From contig NC_057721.1 of the NCBI RefSeq assembly GCF_004010195.1, positions 55,421,091 through 55,485,090 on the forward strand: a stretch of 64,000 nucleotides of DNA, in the 5' to 3' direction. Shown piece by piece: positions 37,101 to 50,564 of the stretch. This stretch comes from Chiloscyllium plagiosum. Lineage: Eukaryota. The notes under the pieces were generated by a model, which did no database searches, was not told the origin of the DNA, and was given only the letters and a program-made list of their open reading frames with translations. Numbering within the stretch: the stretch's first letter is position 1; each line of letters opens with the position of its first letter. The translations under genes were made by a program, and so were the position numbers.

Positions 37101-38816
37101 TAGGAGTTGTTAGGATGGTACACAATAGTTGAAAAAACAATTTTTGGATGGGTGCTCAGTGTTGCTGACAGTTTGGAAATCATTACTTGAAGAGATATTA
37201 GAAGGCGAAACTCAGCACACTTACAAGTTATTTGGATAAACACGTGAAGTGTTGCAATTTATACAGCTGTGGACCAAAAGCTGGAAAGTGCCGTTGGATA
37301 TATAACTCTTTTTGAGCCAATGCAGAAATGATAGGTCAAATGGCTTCCTTCTGTGCAATAAAATTTCTAACTTACCTGACCCTGTTAAACATTCGTCTGT
37401 CTGAGGGCTCTTTCCTGTACACCCTTCCTCTCCTTCCTACCACTATGAATATTTTACCATTTTGTACACAATTTTTGTGTACCGTTTTTATTCCTTCTTC
37501 TGAAGTGTGTTGATATATTTTTCTGTTTGTTTCCCTGAAGCTGCTTTCAATCCTGTTTCAAAAGTAATTATTTATTTTATGGCCAGCTATCATGCAGGTT
37601 ATGCTTTCCAGTAGCAAGCATGTTTTCAGGTGGGCGGTAATGTAAAAGCAAAATGCTCCAAATTCTGCATATCTGACACAAGAATAGGAAATACTGAGTT
37701 GTTGTCAAAGTATTTTGAGAAAGAAACCCAGTTATTGTTTTAGATGTGAATCAGAATTTATCACGAAAGATCACAGACCTGAAACAATAACTCATTTGTC
37801 TGCTGAGAATTTCTGTGGAAATAAGAGTTGGCTTCAGACAGTTAGAATACAGATTAGTTTCGCAACGTATATTGTTGAAAGGACAATAAAAATATTTTAG
37901 ACATTGTTTGTGGAAGTATTCTAACCAGTATAATGTGTTATAATCTGTTATACGTAATGCACAGCAATCTATAAAGACACTAAGCAATTATTAGACTCTT
38001 GTGTTTAGTGAGACTGTAACTTGTTCACAACTTAATGTAAAGAACTTCACAGAACACAGTCCAGCTCTGCTTCTGAATTCCAAAGGTGAACTGAAACGTA
38101 GGCCTTTGTTGTGGAAGTAAAATTCACAAGATTCACCCTGAAGTAAGAAGGTGTAGTGGACAACAGGATCTTGATCAGGTGGGCCAATGGGCTGAGAAGT
38201 GGCAGATGGAGTTTAATTCAGATAAATGCGAGGTGCTGCATTTTGGGAAAGCAAATCTTAGCAGGACTTATACACTTAATGGTAAGGTCCTAGAGAGTGT
38301 TGAACAAAGAGACCTTGGAGTGCAGGTTCATAGCTCCTTGAAAGTGGAGTTGCAGGTAGATAGCATAGTGAAGAAGGTATTTGGTGTGCTTTCCTTTATT
38401 GGTCAGAGTATTGACGACAGGAGTTGGGAGGTCATGTTGTGGCCCTCCGCTACATCGATGACTGTATCGGCGCCGCCTCGTGCTCCCACGAGGAGGTTGA
38501 ACAGTTCATCCACTTCACCAACACCTTCCACCTCAACCTCAAATTCACCTGGACAGTCTCAGATTCCTCCCTCCCCTTCCTCGACCTTTCTATTTCTATC
38601 TCAGGCGACCGAATCAACACGGACATCTACTACAAACCAACCGACTCCCACAGCTACCTGGACTACACCTCCCCCCATCCTGCCCCCTGTAAAAACGCCA
38701 ACCCATTCTCCCAATTCCTTCGACTCCGCCGCATCTACTCCCAGGAGGACCAGTTCCAAAAACGCACAACCCAGATGGCCTCCTTCTTCAAGGACCACAA
38801 TTTCCCCCCCGACGTG

Positions 38817-39309
38817 NNNNNNNNNNNNNNNNNNNNNNNNNNNNNNNNNNNNNNNNNNNNNNNNNNNNNNNNNNNNNNNNNNNNNNNNNNNNNNNNNNNN
38901 NNNNNNNNNNNNNNNNNNNNNNNNNNNNNNNNNNNNNNNNNNNNNNNNNNNNNNNNNNNNNNNNNNNNNNNNNNNNNNNNNNNNNNNNNNNNNNNNNNNN
39001 NNNNNNNNNNNNNNNNNNNNNNNNNNNNNNNNNNNNNNNNNNNNNNNNNNNNNNNNNNNNNNNNNNNNNNNNNNNNNNNNNNNNNNNNNNNNNNNNNNNN
39101 NNNNNNNNNNNNNNNNNNNNNNNNNNNNNNNNNNNNNNNNNNNNNNNNNNNNNNNNNNNNNNNNNNNNNNNNNNNNNNNNNNNNNNNNNNNNNNNNNNNN
39201 NNNNNNNNNNNNNNNNNNNNNNNNNNNNNNNNNNNNNNNNNNNNNNNNNNNNNNNNNNNNNNNNNNNNNNNNNNNNNNNNNNNNNNNNNNNNNNNNNNNN
39301 NNNNNNNNN
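38817..39309. other. Assembly gap (N run)
   Basis: N characters. Confidence 1.
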
Positions 39310-39474
39310 CACTGCCTTCCTAACCTGCAATCTTCTTCCCGACCTCTCCGCCCCCACCCCAGTCTGACCTATCACCCTCACCTTGACCTCTTTCCACCTA
39401 TCACATTTCCGACGTCCCTCCCCCAAGTCCCTCCTCCCTACCTTTTATCTTAGCCTGCTGGACAAACTTTCCTC

Positions 39475-39510
39475 ATTCCTGAAGAAGGGCTTATGCCCGA
39501 AACGTCGATT
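39475..39510 (+). ncRNA. Minimal type I hammerhead ribozyme motif in PLE terminus
   Basis: attc-CTGAAGA-a-GGGC ttat GCCC-GAAA-c-GTC-gatt. Confidence 0.65.
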
Positions 39511-40513
39511 CTCCTGTTCCCTGGATGCTGCCAGACCTGCTGCGCTTTTCCAGCAACACATTTTCAGCTCTGATCTCCAGCATCTGCAGACCTCACTTTC
39601 TCCCAGGACATTGGTTAGACCACTTGGAATATTGTGTGCAGTTCTGGTCTTTTTCCTATAGGAAAGATGTTGTGAAACTTGAAAGGGTTCAGAAAAGATC
39701 TACAAGGATGTTGCCAGGGTTGGAGGATTTGAGCTATAAGGAGAGGCTGAACAGGCCGGGGCTGTTTTTCTTGGAGCATCAGAGGCTGAGGGGTGACCTT
39801 CTAGAGGTTTACAAAATTATGAGATGCATAGATAGGATAAATAGTCTTTTCCCTGGGGTGGGGGTGTCCTGATAGAGGGCATAGGTTTAGGGTGCGAGGG
39901 GAAAGATATTAAACAGACCTAACGGGCAACTTTTTCACACAGAGGATGGTATGTATATGGAATGAGCTGCCAGTGGAAGTGGTGGAGGCTGGTACAATTG
40001 CAATATTTAAAAGACATTTGGATGGGTATATGAATAGGAAGGGTTTGGACGGATATGGGCCAGGTGCTGACAGGTGGGACTAGATTGGGTTGGGATATCT
40101 GGTCGGCATGGACGGGTTGGACTGAAGGGTCTGTTTCCATGCTGTACATCTCTATGACTCTATGTGACTTTGGAGCAGAATTAGGCCATTTGGTCCTTTG
40201 TGACAACCTCCCAATATTCAATAACATCATGGATGATCTGGTGTGGTTGTATCCCCACTTTGTTGCCTGGTCCCTTATAACCCTTGACTATCTTCTCCAC
40301 AAACTGTTCCTTGAATAAGTTCAATGACCTGCAGTCTAGCACCCCTGGGGCACAGAATTCCACTTACTTACACCCCTTTGGGAGATAATGAAAGTAGGTA
40401 CCGTAGATTAATATTGTTTCTCTTCAGTAAATATCCTGGATATATATTCACGGGTTTTTATGTTATAATGGATTAACTTTGTTTAAAACATTAGATTTTG
40501 GGTCTGTTTTCAG

Positions 40514-40635
40514 AAGCGCTGGCCATTCTCTTATAATACTTTCAATAAAACAAGAAATCGAGACTCGATTGCTTATAGTCAACGGAGGAAATGCCATTCA
40601 AAGCACAACTTCCAAGGAGATGATGTTCAATTGAA
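40514..40635 (+). CDS. SENP7: SENP7 coding exon
   Basis: ttttCAG acceptor; KRWPFSYNTFNKTRNRDSIAYSQRRKCHSKHNFQGDDVQL; GTAAGA donor; phase 0-2 fits neighbours. Confidence 0.72.
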
Positions 40636-41782
40636 GTAAGAATATGATCAATTGTCCTTTTTTTTTAATAAATGTGTTTATCCTGGTATCTTTGTTTCCC
40701 TTTATTTTGTAGTCATAATCATTCTTTGTTTTATAAGGTTAAATTGATATTGAAACAATCCACTATATTTGTCACTGAGTCTGCTTAAATGCCAGCAGAA
40801 AATAATTTCACCATGAAATGGTTGGAAGGTATCACTTTTCTATCTTCCTTAAGCTGCCCGTTGTCAAAAATGTGTTTACTATCTGAACTGTAGTTAATCT
40901 CAATTTGATAATTGCCTATGCTAGAAGTTAATCGTAATATTTACTTTTCTATGCTTTGTTGCTAAATGCTACCTCTTGTCCACTGAGGTAATCTTCTAAT
41001 TTATTGTTGTATAATATTTCCACAGCTCTTTTTATTATTTTATTTTTAGCCTTTGACATGTCATTAATTTATCTTTTCATTTGCCTTGATTGTCATTTCA
41101 GCACTAATGCCATTTCTGTCTTTCATTAGCTCTGTCGCCTCCCTGCGGTAATCAGAAGGCTTTGCTCTATTTTATGTTTGCTTTATTTGTTAAGATTGTC
41201 TCCAATAACTAACATTCAATTGGAGCCAGCTACGCTGATTTAATGAGAAAGCATCAGTAGTATTTTGAGGCAGTGCAATTCTCTTCAAGAGTAGATAATA
41301 CCAGGTGCTTCAACAGCAGGTACCCAGCTTTTGATCTGGATGAGGTTAAAATAATCAATCTGACTGCAGGCAAGCAATCTGCTTTGAATATTGTTGACAT
41401 TGATGGACTACCTTTAACATTTGGCAATGGTTTGTGGCCTGAATGTGCAAGTTACAAATTCAGTTTTTTTGTAAACACCTTTTTAAAAATGAGTTTTGAA
41501 CTGATGTCTCTGAAACTCTATTCTAAACCTTCCTACAGCAGAAGGAGGACATTTGACAGCAAGAGGCTCATGTATTGCAAAACTGGAATAGATGTTCCAT
41601 AATACATGATCCTGCTGTACTTCACCTAATAATATTGGACCTTTTATAAAATAGTAACTCCTCCTTTATTGCTATACGAAATCATAAATTTCTACAAATG
41701 CGTTTTTTCTCTTTTTTTCTTCTCCAATGGTATTTTCATTAATTCCTTTTTAAACACTTGTGTTTGTGTTGCACTTTGCCAG

Positions 41783-41998
41783 GGAAGCCAGAATTGTACT
41801 CAGAGATGTGCTGATGACAGATTCAGGAAGACAACATTTGCTGCACGTAAAAAAGCAAGACTATAGTAATGTCGAAAGTACTGACACTTCACATGCAAAA
41901 AAACATCACACATCAACAACCAGTGAACTAAAAGATAATTGTTACGTGGAAACCAAAACATCTCACCAAGATAGTCAGTCCAACATTTTATCCAGCAG
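41783..41998 (+). CDS. SENP7: SENP7 coding exon with HP1-box-like motif
   Basis: EARIVLRDVLMTDSGRQH resembles mammalian SENP7 PRVILTNVLGTELGRKY (recalled); CAG|GTGGG donor; phase 2-2, 216 nt. Confidence 0.82.
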
Positions 41999-43479
41999 GT
42001 GGGTTCTTGAGCTATGCTTCAACCAGCTGCTGCATGCACGAATGCATCAGTTTTGCTTCTCTCTTTGTGAAGTCTCCAAAGACATCACCTTGTGCGCTGA
42101 TGAGTTTTCTGTGGACTATTCTTTGTTTAATAAAGTTTCTGTGTATATAATTGCCATCCTCTGCATTTGTCTTCAATGCACTTAGAATAGGTGCTTTGCC
42201 CCTTGGATATCACCCAGGATGATGTGCAGGCGATTAACTCCTGAAGTGATTTGTTCTTCACCAGTTTCGTAACTTCATTAAAACGGTGATACTGATTTTT
42301 TTTTTCCAGCCACATAGTCATCAACAGAATTTTTTGGAAACAACAAAAAATGCTGGAAATCACAGCGGGTCAGGCAGCATCCGTGGAGAGACAGCAAGCT
42401 AATGTTTTAGTCTAGATTACTCTTTATCCAGAGCTCCAGCAGAATGTTTTGCTTTTCTCCCAGTTGGAAGATTTCTGTTTGATTTTGGTTTGAAGTTGAG
42501 TGATTCTATTAGGTCTCAATTTGACAAATTCTCCTTGTTGACATGTTCGTTTTATTTGCTGGATTGTTTTTCCATGCTGTTTTTGCCTGTACCACACCAC
42601 AAATTCTGCATGCCTTTGGAGATTTAGTTGAGGATAGGATTTCTTTTTACCTTAGACATCTCTATCAAAGTTCATTCAACTGATAATACAACCAATCTGT
42701 AAATAATGTTAGAATAATAATCTTGAACTCCATTTTCTTTCACATTTAAGATTTTTGGCCAGGTTTTTTCTGTTTGCATTAAAATATATTTGTATAATCA
42801 ATTCTCATGGGAATTCCGGAGAGATCCTTTTGGATGTTATGGTTGCAAGCTGTCACCACTAGCTGATCTACCTATCTTGTAATCTATCTTGTGTCCTTTT
42901 ACCCAGTGAGCAATGTCACTGGAGAACAAATGTTATCTTGGTCGTTTTCGGTTCTGCAAGAGGGAAAAGATTTTCCAGCACAAGGGCATAGCAAGCATTC
43001 ATAGGTCTGATCCAAGGTTAGTTATGGGTGTCTTAGCTGTAATAAGGGCTTTGGATTCTTTAACACAACACAACAATACGACTTTTACCTTGAAATCACA
43101 AAAGATATGTGTACGACTATTTTAAAAACTAACGTTCAATGGTGCTTATATTATGGTGTATCTTCAAGGGTAGTTTTGTACGGCACTTTGGTAAAGTGTC
43201 CATTGCAAATTTGATCTTCAGCTGAAAGTACCCTGGCATTTGTTTTTAAAAAAAAAGTCAATGGTACTGCTCCAGTTAGAAATTCAGTATTGGAATTTGC
43301 TGGCAAGGCCTCAAGTCTTCTGCTTCTGAAAGGTATTGTTTATCTTGATAAATAGCACCCATCTTTGGGTGTACTCTTGGCTACTGCCTCTGATTTTAAG
43401 TTGGAATTAAATTCTGGCCATTGGAAGAGTTCACAAAAACAGAAGAAAAATGTGCGGGAGTAGGCAGTGTAACCTGTCA

Positions 43480-44590
43480 AGCTTGCTCCACCAATCAACT
43501 TAATCCCCCATAACAACCACCCTATTACTGTCACTCATCTCCTGAATCACCTTCCCAATCCTTTCTTGACTTAATCTTGACTTCTCTTGGGCTTCGACTT
43601 GCTTTCCCTGCCAGGTCCAAATATCCTTTGATTCCCTTAGAGACCAAACATCTGACCACCTAACCTTAAATATATTCCAAGCTGTAGCATCCACAACCGT
43701 CTGGGTAGACATTCTTAACACTTTGACTGAAATAACTTGTCCTCATTTTGGTCCCAAATGATCAATCTCTAAATGGAGATGAAGCTATGTATTTTAGATT
43801 TTATGACTGGGGAAGTGATCTCTCCACATCTACTCTGTCAAGCCCCTTCAGAATCTTTTATGCTTCAATGAGCTGAACTCTCATCCTTCTGAAGCTCAGA
43901 AGAATATAAGCCCGATATACTCAGCCTCTCATCATGGAACAGCCCATTTTTCCCAGGGATCAGTTTATTAAGCCTTCACTATACAGCCTCCAATGCAAGA
44001 ATATACTTCTATAAATATGGAAACCATACCTGCATAATATTCCAAATACCAAAGCTTTGGATAATTGTATGACAACTTATTTATTCCTGTACATCAGTTC
44101 CCTTGTAATAAAGGCAAACATGCTGTTTGTCTTCCTAATTAATTATGTGCTGTTCCTGCATACTAATTTTATATGTTCCTTGCTCTTTGAACGTTCAGAA
44201 ATTTCACATCTTGTAAAAATATTCTGTTTTACTGTTCTTAACACCAAACTAAATAATTTCACATTTTACTACATTACACTCCATCTACTATCTTGTTCTC
44301 CACTCATTTCACTTGTCTTTATCTCTTTAGGAGTTGTGACCTTTTCATCTAGGTTTGTATCATTAGTAAAATTAGTTTCTGCCTCCTCTTGTTATCTAAG
44401 TCATTAATGGAAGCCATAAATTGTTGGGCTCTCAGCACTGATCCATGTGCCAATCTGCTAGACTCAACCAACCAACTTAAATGTGCATAATTTCTACAGA
44501 CTCTGCTTTCCATCCATTAACTGCTTTTTTATACATTCCACTGCATTACCTTCAACTCAAAGAGCCCTTAGCTTGCCTATTTCTTTGGGA
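43480..44590 (-). mobile_element. Old CR1/L2-like LINE remnant
   Basis: Degenerate similarity to CR1 3' half; no intact ORF. Confidence 0.5.
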
Positions 44591-47500
44591 ATTCTTGAAT
44601 TTCTTTTATAACTTTATGGAATATCAACAAACTATTTTGTGAAGGTACAATACAGTGGCTGCAAGAACAAATCAAATACTTGGAATACTGCCATGAGTAA
44701 CTCCCCAAAGCTTGCCTATCATCTATACGTCAGGAGTATGATTGAATACTCCCCACATGCCCTCCGCTTCATCCAGGACAAAAACACCTGCATGATTAGT
44801 CCAACTTCCACTCCCTCTATTGTCAATACTCAGTAGCAGTAGTATGTACTATCTACAAGAAGCACTGCAGAAATTTGCCAAGAGTCCTTGTGGCTCACCT
44901 TCCAAGCCCATGACCACTTCCATTTAGAAAGCTAGTGGATATATGGAAACTGTACCTCCTTTAAGTTCCCCTCCAAGCCATTCACCATCCTGACTTTGGA
45001 AATATGTTGCAGAGAATTGTGCATTTTACTGCACCAATTATGGTGCTTTGTAAACTTGGTTTTAACATAGTACAGTAATAGTACATAAGAAACCAATATG
45101 GTTCCAGAGGGTAGTCAGTATCTGGAATTAGTTTCCCTAGAATTGTGGAGGCTGGATCACTGAAGGTATTTGAAGAGGATGTAGACAGGTTTTGGAAGTA
45201 TCAGGGAGTTGATGGTTATGCTAAAGTGGTACAAAAGCAGATTTGAGTCCAAGGTGAGATCAGCCTGAATACTAAGGCAGGCATGGAGGGGCTGAATGAT
45301 CAATTCCTGTTTCTATTTCTTTTGTTCTTGTGTCCAGTTTTGCAAGGACTTGATGCCGTACTGTACCTGCCAAATGCTATCTTAATAGCAAAGGCATTCG
45401 CTTTAACTATATTGTGGAATTTAGCTTTCTGTCCATGTTTCGAATAAAGCTGATACAAAGTCAGGAGCAGTTGTCCTGGCAGAATTTGAATGGATGAACA
45501 AGTGTAGCTGAATAGCACTGTAGATAACACCTTTTTTTTGCTTTGATAATTACGACAGATTGAGGGGGTGAGGGATTTGGCTGCACTCCACTTAACAACT
45601 TTCTGTCAGCCAAGCACAATAATTTTTAACATTTACTGTTATCTCACAGCTATCACAATTAAATTAGAACATAATTAGCTAGAACAAAATGAAGGAGCCA
45701 ATTCTAAGGTTTTCTTGAGTGAAAGAAATTTTATTACATTCTAACCCTGAGGGGAAAAAACATAACTTTAAACTTGTATACAAACATAAATAATAAGTTT
45801 GAAAAGGGTATTGGTTCCAACCAGCAACATAAAAGCAGATCCAGTTTTAAATTTGAGACCTTGACTTGTGAAGGCACAACACAGTAGTTACAAGAGCAGG
45901 TCAGATGCTTAGGAATACTGCAGTGAGTAACTCCCCTCTTAACGACTCAAAGCCTATCATCAATAAGATACAAGTGTGAAAGTGAGACCTGTATCCACTG
46001 TTATTTGGCTGTTGTCCAGTTTGATCAACTATCATGAAATTTGTAGAATCCTGGCATTTTTAATTAATTGTTCTATTTTCAACCTACATTTTTCACTAGT
46101 TGCTCCTTTTGAGACATCAAGGGAGTGAGAGCAAGCCTTTATGGTTCTGTGTGTATTCATCTGTTTTCCTTTCTGTGCTCTGCCAAGCAGGCTCATTTAG
46201 CTGCAACACCCTGAGCAGGTAACCTCTCATCTCCTAATATGTGAACATATGCCAGTGCAAATTAAATGGAAAATGTGAAGTTTTGATATAGATTTTAATT
46301 CTGTTTTGATTGCCTTTGGGAGGAAATGGTCATTTCAGTACAGTTGGTTTGGTTCCATCCATATGATTCCTTGGACATGGTTATGGGGAGAGGACAGGAA
46401 GATGGAGTTGAGAAATACATCAGCCAGCACTGCCTGGGAAGGTAGTGGATGTTAGAAACTTTAGAACCTTTTAAAAAAAAAAATGTTTGGATGACTACTT
46501 CAAATAACATCAGGATATGGGACAAGTGCAGGAAGTTGGGATTAGTGCACTTTTAGTGATAGTTATGTTGAAGGGCCTTTTCTGCACTGTATGAATCTGA
46601 GTGTATACGAATCTATGATAGAATGGTGGAGCAGACTCGATGGACTGGCCTAATTCTGCCCGTAAATCTTTTAGTATTATGGTAATGGCTGGGAAACCTC
46701 AGCCTTGTTTAACAGTCTTTCATTTTGAGTCTTTCTCAAGTCGTTGTCGCCTTGTCAATAAATTTGCAACAACTTAAATCCAAATAATATTAACAATTCT
46801 GTTTTTTGGTATCCTTGTAGCTCAGGTTATTGGAAATGATATATGTACAATAATAAATAGACTTTTCTTTCTTGCGTCCTACTTTAGCTTCTCTATGCCC
46901 TGCTTTTAGTTCCCTCTGGGAATCCAAAGATGACAATGGCAAGGTAGCATTAAGGCCACTGATCAACTAGAATCATATTGAATGGAAAGCAGGTTCGAGA
47001 GACAATATGATTTGGTCCTCCTTCTCTCATTCTTAAGTGTGTAATATGTTGCTGAATGATCTAGTGAACGGACTTTGGTCAAAGGAAAACCATATCCAAG
47101 TCGGTGATTTGTTTTTCTGGTATGGAAATTAAACCCGTGCTGTTTGCATCACTTTGCATCACAAACTATGAAGGTCCCATCTTCTTAACATTTCCCTTTG
47201 TGGTGCCCTGCGGGTTAAACCACCATCAATACTCACTCCCGCTCCTTTAGGGAAGGAAACTGCCATCGTTACCTTGTCTGATTTGACTCTTGGCGATGAG
47301 CAGTAAGTGATACCCATATCCCATGAATGAATAAAAACAAACCTAGCAATTTCACTTCCAGGCCACAAGGTGGCACTTTTGTCAAATCGAAAACTAAGGG
47401 TTGTTTCTGTAAAGATGGGGCTCTGGTAGCTTTACTCTCCATCTAATGCGTAGTATTTAACATTGGTGCAAGATATTAAGATGAGAAGCCTTCCATTCTT

Positions 47501-48739
47501 AGGGCATTGCTCTTGAAACATTTTATTCTTCCAAAAATCTGTAGCTGCACTTGAGCTGGTTTGATATTCTCGCATAAAAGCACAAATAATCTGAGCCCTT
47601 TCTTGCCCTGCAGAACATATTATTGTTAAATCTTGAGTGCTGAGAATTCTTGTAATGGATGTTTCAAGTGTTACAGTATTCTTAGGTTATATCAGTGGCA
47701 TTCTGTAACCAAATGAGTCGAAGTTGAAGGTTCAGGACCTCTTCCAAAATGTAGGTAGATTAACAGGTTTAAAGCTTCAACGTAATTGTGAGACATTGCT
47801 ACAATGTCAAATGTCATGATCTTCAGGTAAAACTTGAAGCCTGTTCAAATAGGCTAAAGACTCATACTTCACTCCTTTTAAAACTGGTGGAGGGAGTTGA
47901 GTGTTGAAATACAATGCAAACTGTTAAACCAATTGTTCGTCGAACCAGATTTTGTTGTGTGTAAGTTGTCATAGATGTCTACATAGCAAAACAAGAATTG
48001 AAATGCTTCCTAGAAGGGTTTGGAGCATGACTTTGTCTTTATTTGAATCAAGGGAATAAAATGATTTTACTCTTTTTTTTTAATGCTTTCAGCACTTCAT
48101 CACATAAAATTAAATCTGTGTGGAATATGATATTCAAAACCCTCCGTTGTTTCACCCTTTCCCATCTCTGTAACTGTCTCCATCATTACATCTCTCCAAC
48201 ATTGACTTTCTCTAACTATGGCCTCATACTTTCCCCACTTGCTTGGCTCCACCATTTTGGTGACCTTGCGTTTAGCCACTGAAACCACAAACTCTGGAAT
48301 TCCTTCTCTTAATCTCTTTGTATCTCCTCTTTCTCCTTCACTTAACACCTACCGCTTTAATCATTCTTTAGTTATCTAACAGCTCCTCCTTGGCTTTTGG
48401 CTGATTTTGATTTCTGTGAAGCACCTTAGAACATTGATAATGCTAAAGGCGTTTTATAAATGCAAGTTACTATATGTTGCACCTGAAAGAAGTTTAAATA
48501 ATACAGTTATGTGTTATCCTAATCTTTGCTTTCCATGTAACTGATTACTTCAAATATACTTTAATAAAGATTTGTTTCACTCTGTACCCCTTTATTCGAC
48601 AGCTTTATGCTCACATCCCACAGAAGAAAATATAAAAATAACTTTTAGATTTTAAGAGCTTGTCGATACCATCTAGTGGTGTGAATTAGTTACTTCAAGG
48701 CAAAGAGAATTTTGGATGTTTTGCTGTCCTGTGTGTTAT

Positions 48740-48948
48740 AGATTAGATTAGGTTAGATTAGATTACTTACAGTGTGGAAACAGGCCCTTCGGCCCAACAA
48801 ATCCACACCGACCTGCCGAAGCGCAACCCACCCATACTCCTACATTTACCCCTCTAACCTAACACTACGGGCAATTTAGCATTGCCAATTCACCTGACCT
48901 GCACATCTTTGGACTGTGGGAGGAAACCGGAGCACCTGGAGGAAACCC
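48740..48948 (-). mobile_element. HE1-like SINE, 5'-truncated, (TTAGA)n tail
   Basis: Near-identical to 36808-37010. Confidence 0.85.
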
Positions 48949-49880
48949 GTTATAGTTACAGAACTAATTACATTTTTCATCTGAAGTGCTGTGTGCCAAT
49001 GTCTCTGTCTCCCCTCAATCAGCGGAAACCTCTTCTTTCTTCGAACTGTCATGTTTAAATTTGATTATCTTAGTTTTTGGCTAAAGTTCCTAGTACAGAT
49101 TACCCATTTCTATTAAATATTATGATTATTTTTATCAATTTTATTCTTTTTGAGAATTCCCTCTTGCCCTTGATTTGTTCAGTTTTACTGCCATCTTTTG
49201 TGTGACCTCCTGGTGCAATAACTCAGGCATGCTAGATATAAAATCGATACAATAACAGGACGTGGGAGATTACTCAAATCCATGCGTGCATCTGTAAGTT
49301 TGTTCCCTAGTTGCTGCACCAGGTGGTAGGATCTAAATGTTCAATGTCATCCGTTAAGGCTTGGACCAGTTACTGGAGTGTATATGTCCTCATGCCTCAC
49401 CCTGGATTAGGGTGAGATGTTTAGTCAGTGATGGGATAACATATGAGAACTGGTTTATGTGTTGCATCAGGTTGTCTTTCATGCTTTCCACAGCTTGCTT
49501 CTGTATCCTTCAATAGTTCTATCTTTCCCATTCTTGCTGGTATCTGTGGTTGTAAGCACATTGTAAATGGGGCATGATTGATTGTTCCCATATCTCAACC
49601 CTGCCATATGGTATTACAGTATCTCCCATAACCCATGTATGTGACAGGTATTGGCTCTTTTGCCCACTATATAGTCTCTATTAAAGCCACATCTTGCCTC
49701 TCTGCTACATATATCAGATTGGTATATTCTACTTAAAACGTTTTAACACTACATCTGTACTAATACTTATATTTACCCCTGGCTCTAACCCATATAGTAG
49801 GATGCTGTTCTACCTCATGTAATACATTCTCTAGTGAACCCAATGTTGTCTGTTTTATGAAATGTCTTAATGGGTATTGT

Positions 49881-50203
49881 AGGAGAAAATAAGGACTGCA
49901 GATACTGGAGATCAGAGTCGAGAGTGTGGTGCTGGAAAAGCGCAGCAGGTTAGGCAGCATCCGAGGAGCAGGAGAATTGATATTTCAGGCATAAGCCCTT
50001 CATCCTGTACTTCGGAATACATGAAAATAAATAAATCAATAAAGGAAATCTTGGAAAAAAGAACAAAGATCCAGGACAGATAGTTGAGTACGGATCAAGA
50101 CCTGACATGGGTAATTCATTCCTGAGGAAGGTCTTATGCCCATAATGCTGATTCTCCTGCTCCTCAGATACTGCCTGACCTGCTGTCCTTTTCCAGCATC
50201 ATG
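49881..50203. mobile_element. Fold-back PLE mini-element carrying captured local DNA, 15-bp TSD
   Basis: TSD cttaatgggtattgt (49866-49880) / cttaatgggtgttgt (50204-50218); inverted pLTR arms. Confidence 0.8.
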
Positions 50204-50564
50204 CTTAATGGGTGTTGTCTCTGGTATAACTCAGCATTGCCAGACTAATACTGATCAACAGGTCATCTATAATACATTCACCTTCAGTTTTGTATACATG
50301 TTTAGCACCCGAGCTGGTAGCAGTACAGAGGTAACTCGCCCTTAATAAATATGTCTCAGATCATTCCCTCATCTGATTGAGGATCCACGATTTGAAAGAT
50401 TCATTCTTCATTTGAAAGATTTTCCTGCATCTTGATTAAGTTATTAATAGATTAGGCATCATTCTCTAGTGCTGTGGTCAAATTCTGAATTACCTATGTC
50501 AGGTCTTGATCCGTACTGAACGATCTGTCCTGGATCGTTATCCTTTTTTTCCAAGCTTTCCTTC

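Larger units (their letters stand above)
38445..39603 (+). mobile_element. PLE, 5'-truncated (RT to 3' pLTR), spanning a gap
   Basis: LRYIDDCIG...LKFT...LPFLDL...TDIYYKPTDSHSYLDYTSPHP...FSQFLRLRRI (PLE RT/thumb). Confidence 0.9.
38150..40162 (+). mobile_element. CR1 LINE interrupted by a PLE
   Basis: WAEKWQMEFNSDKC...; resumes caggacattggttag at ~39604; tail ctctatgactctatg. Confidence 0.9.
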
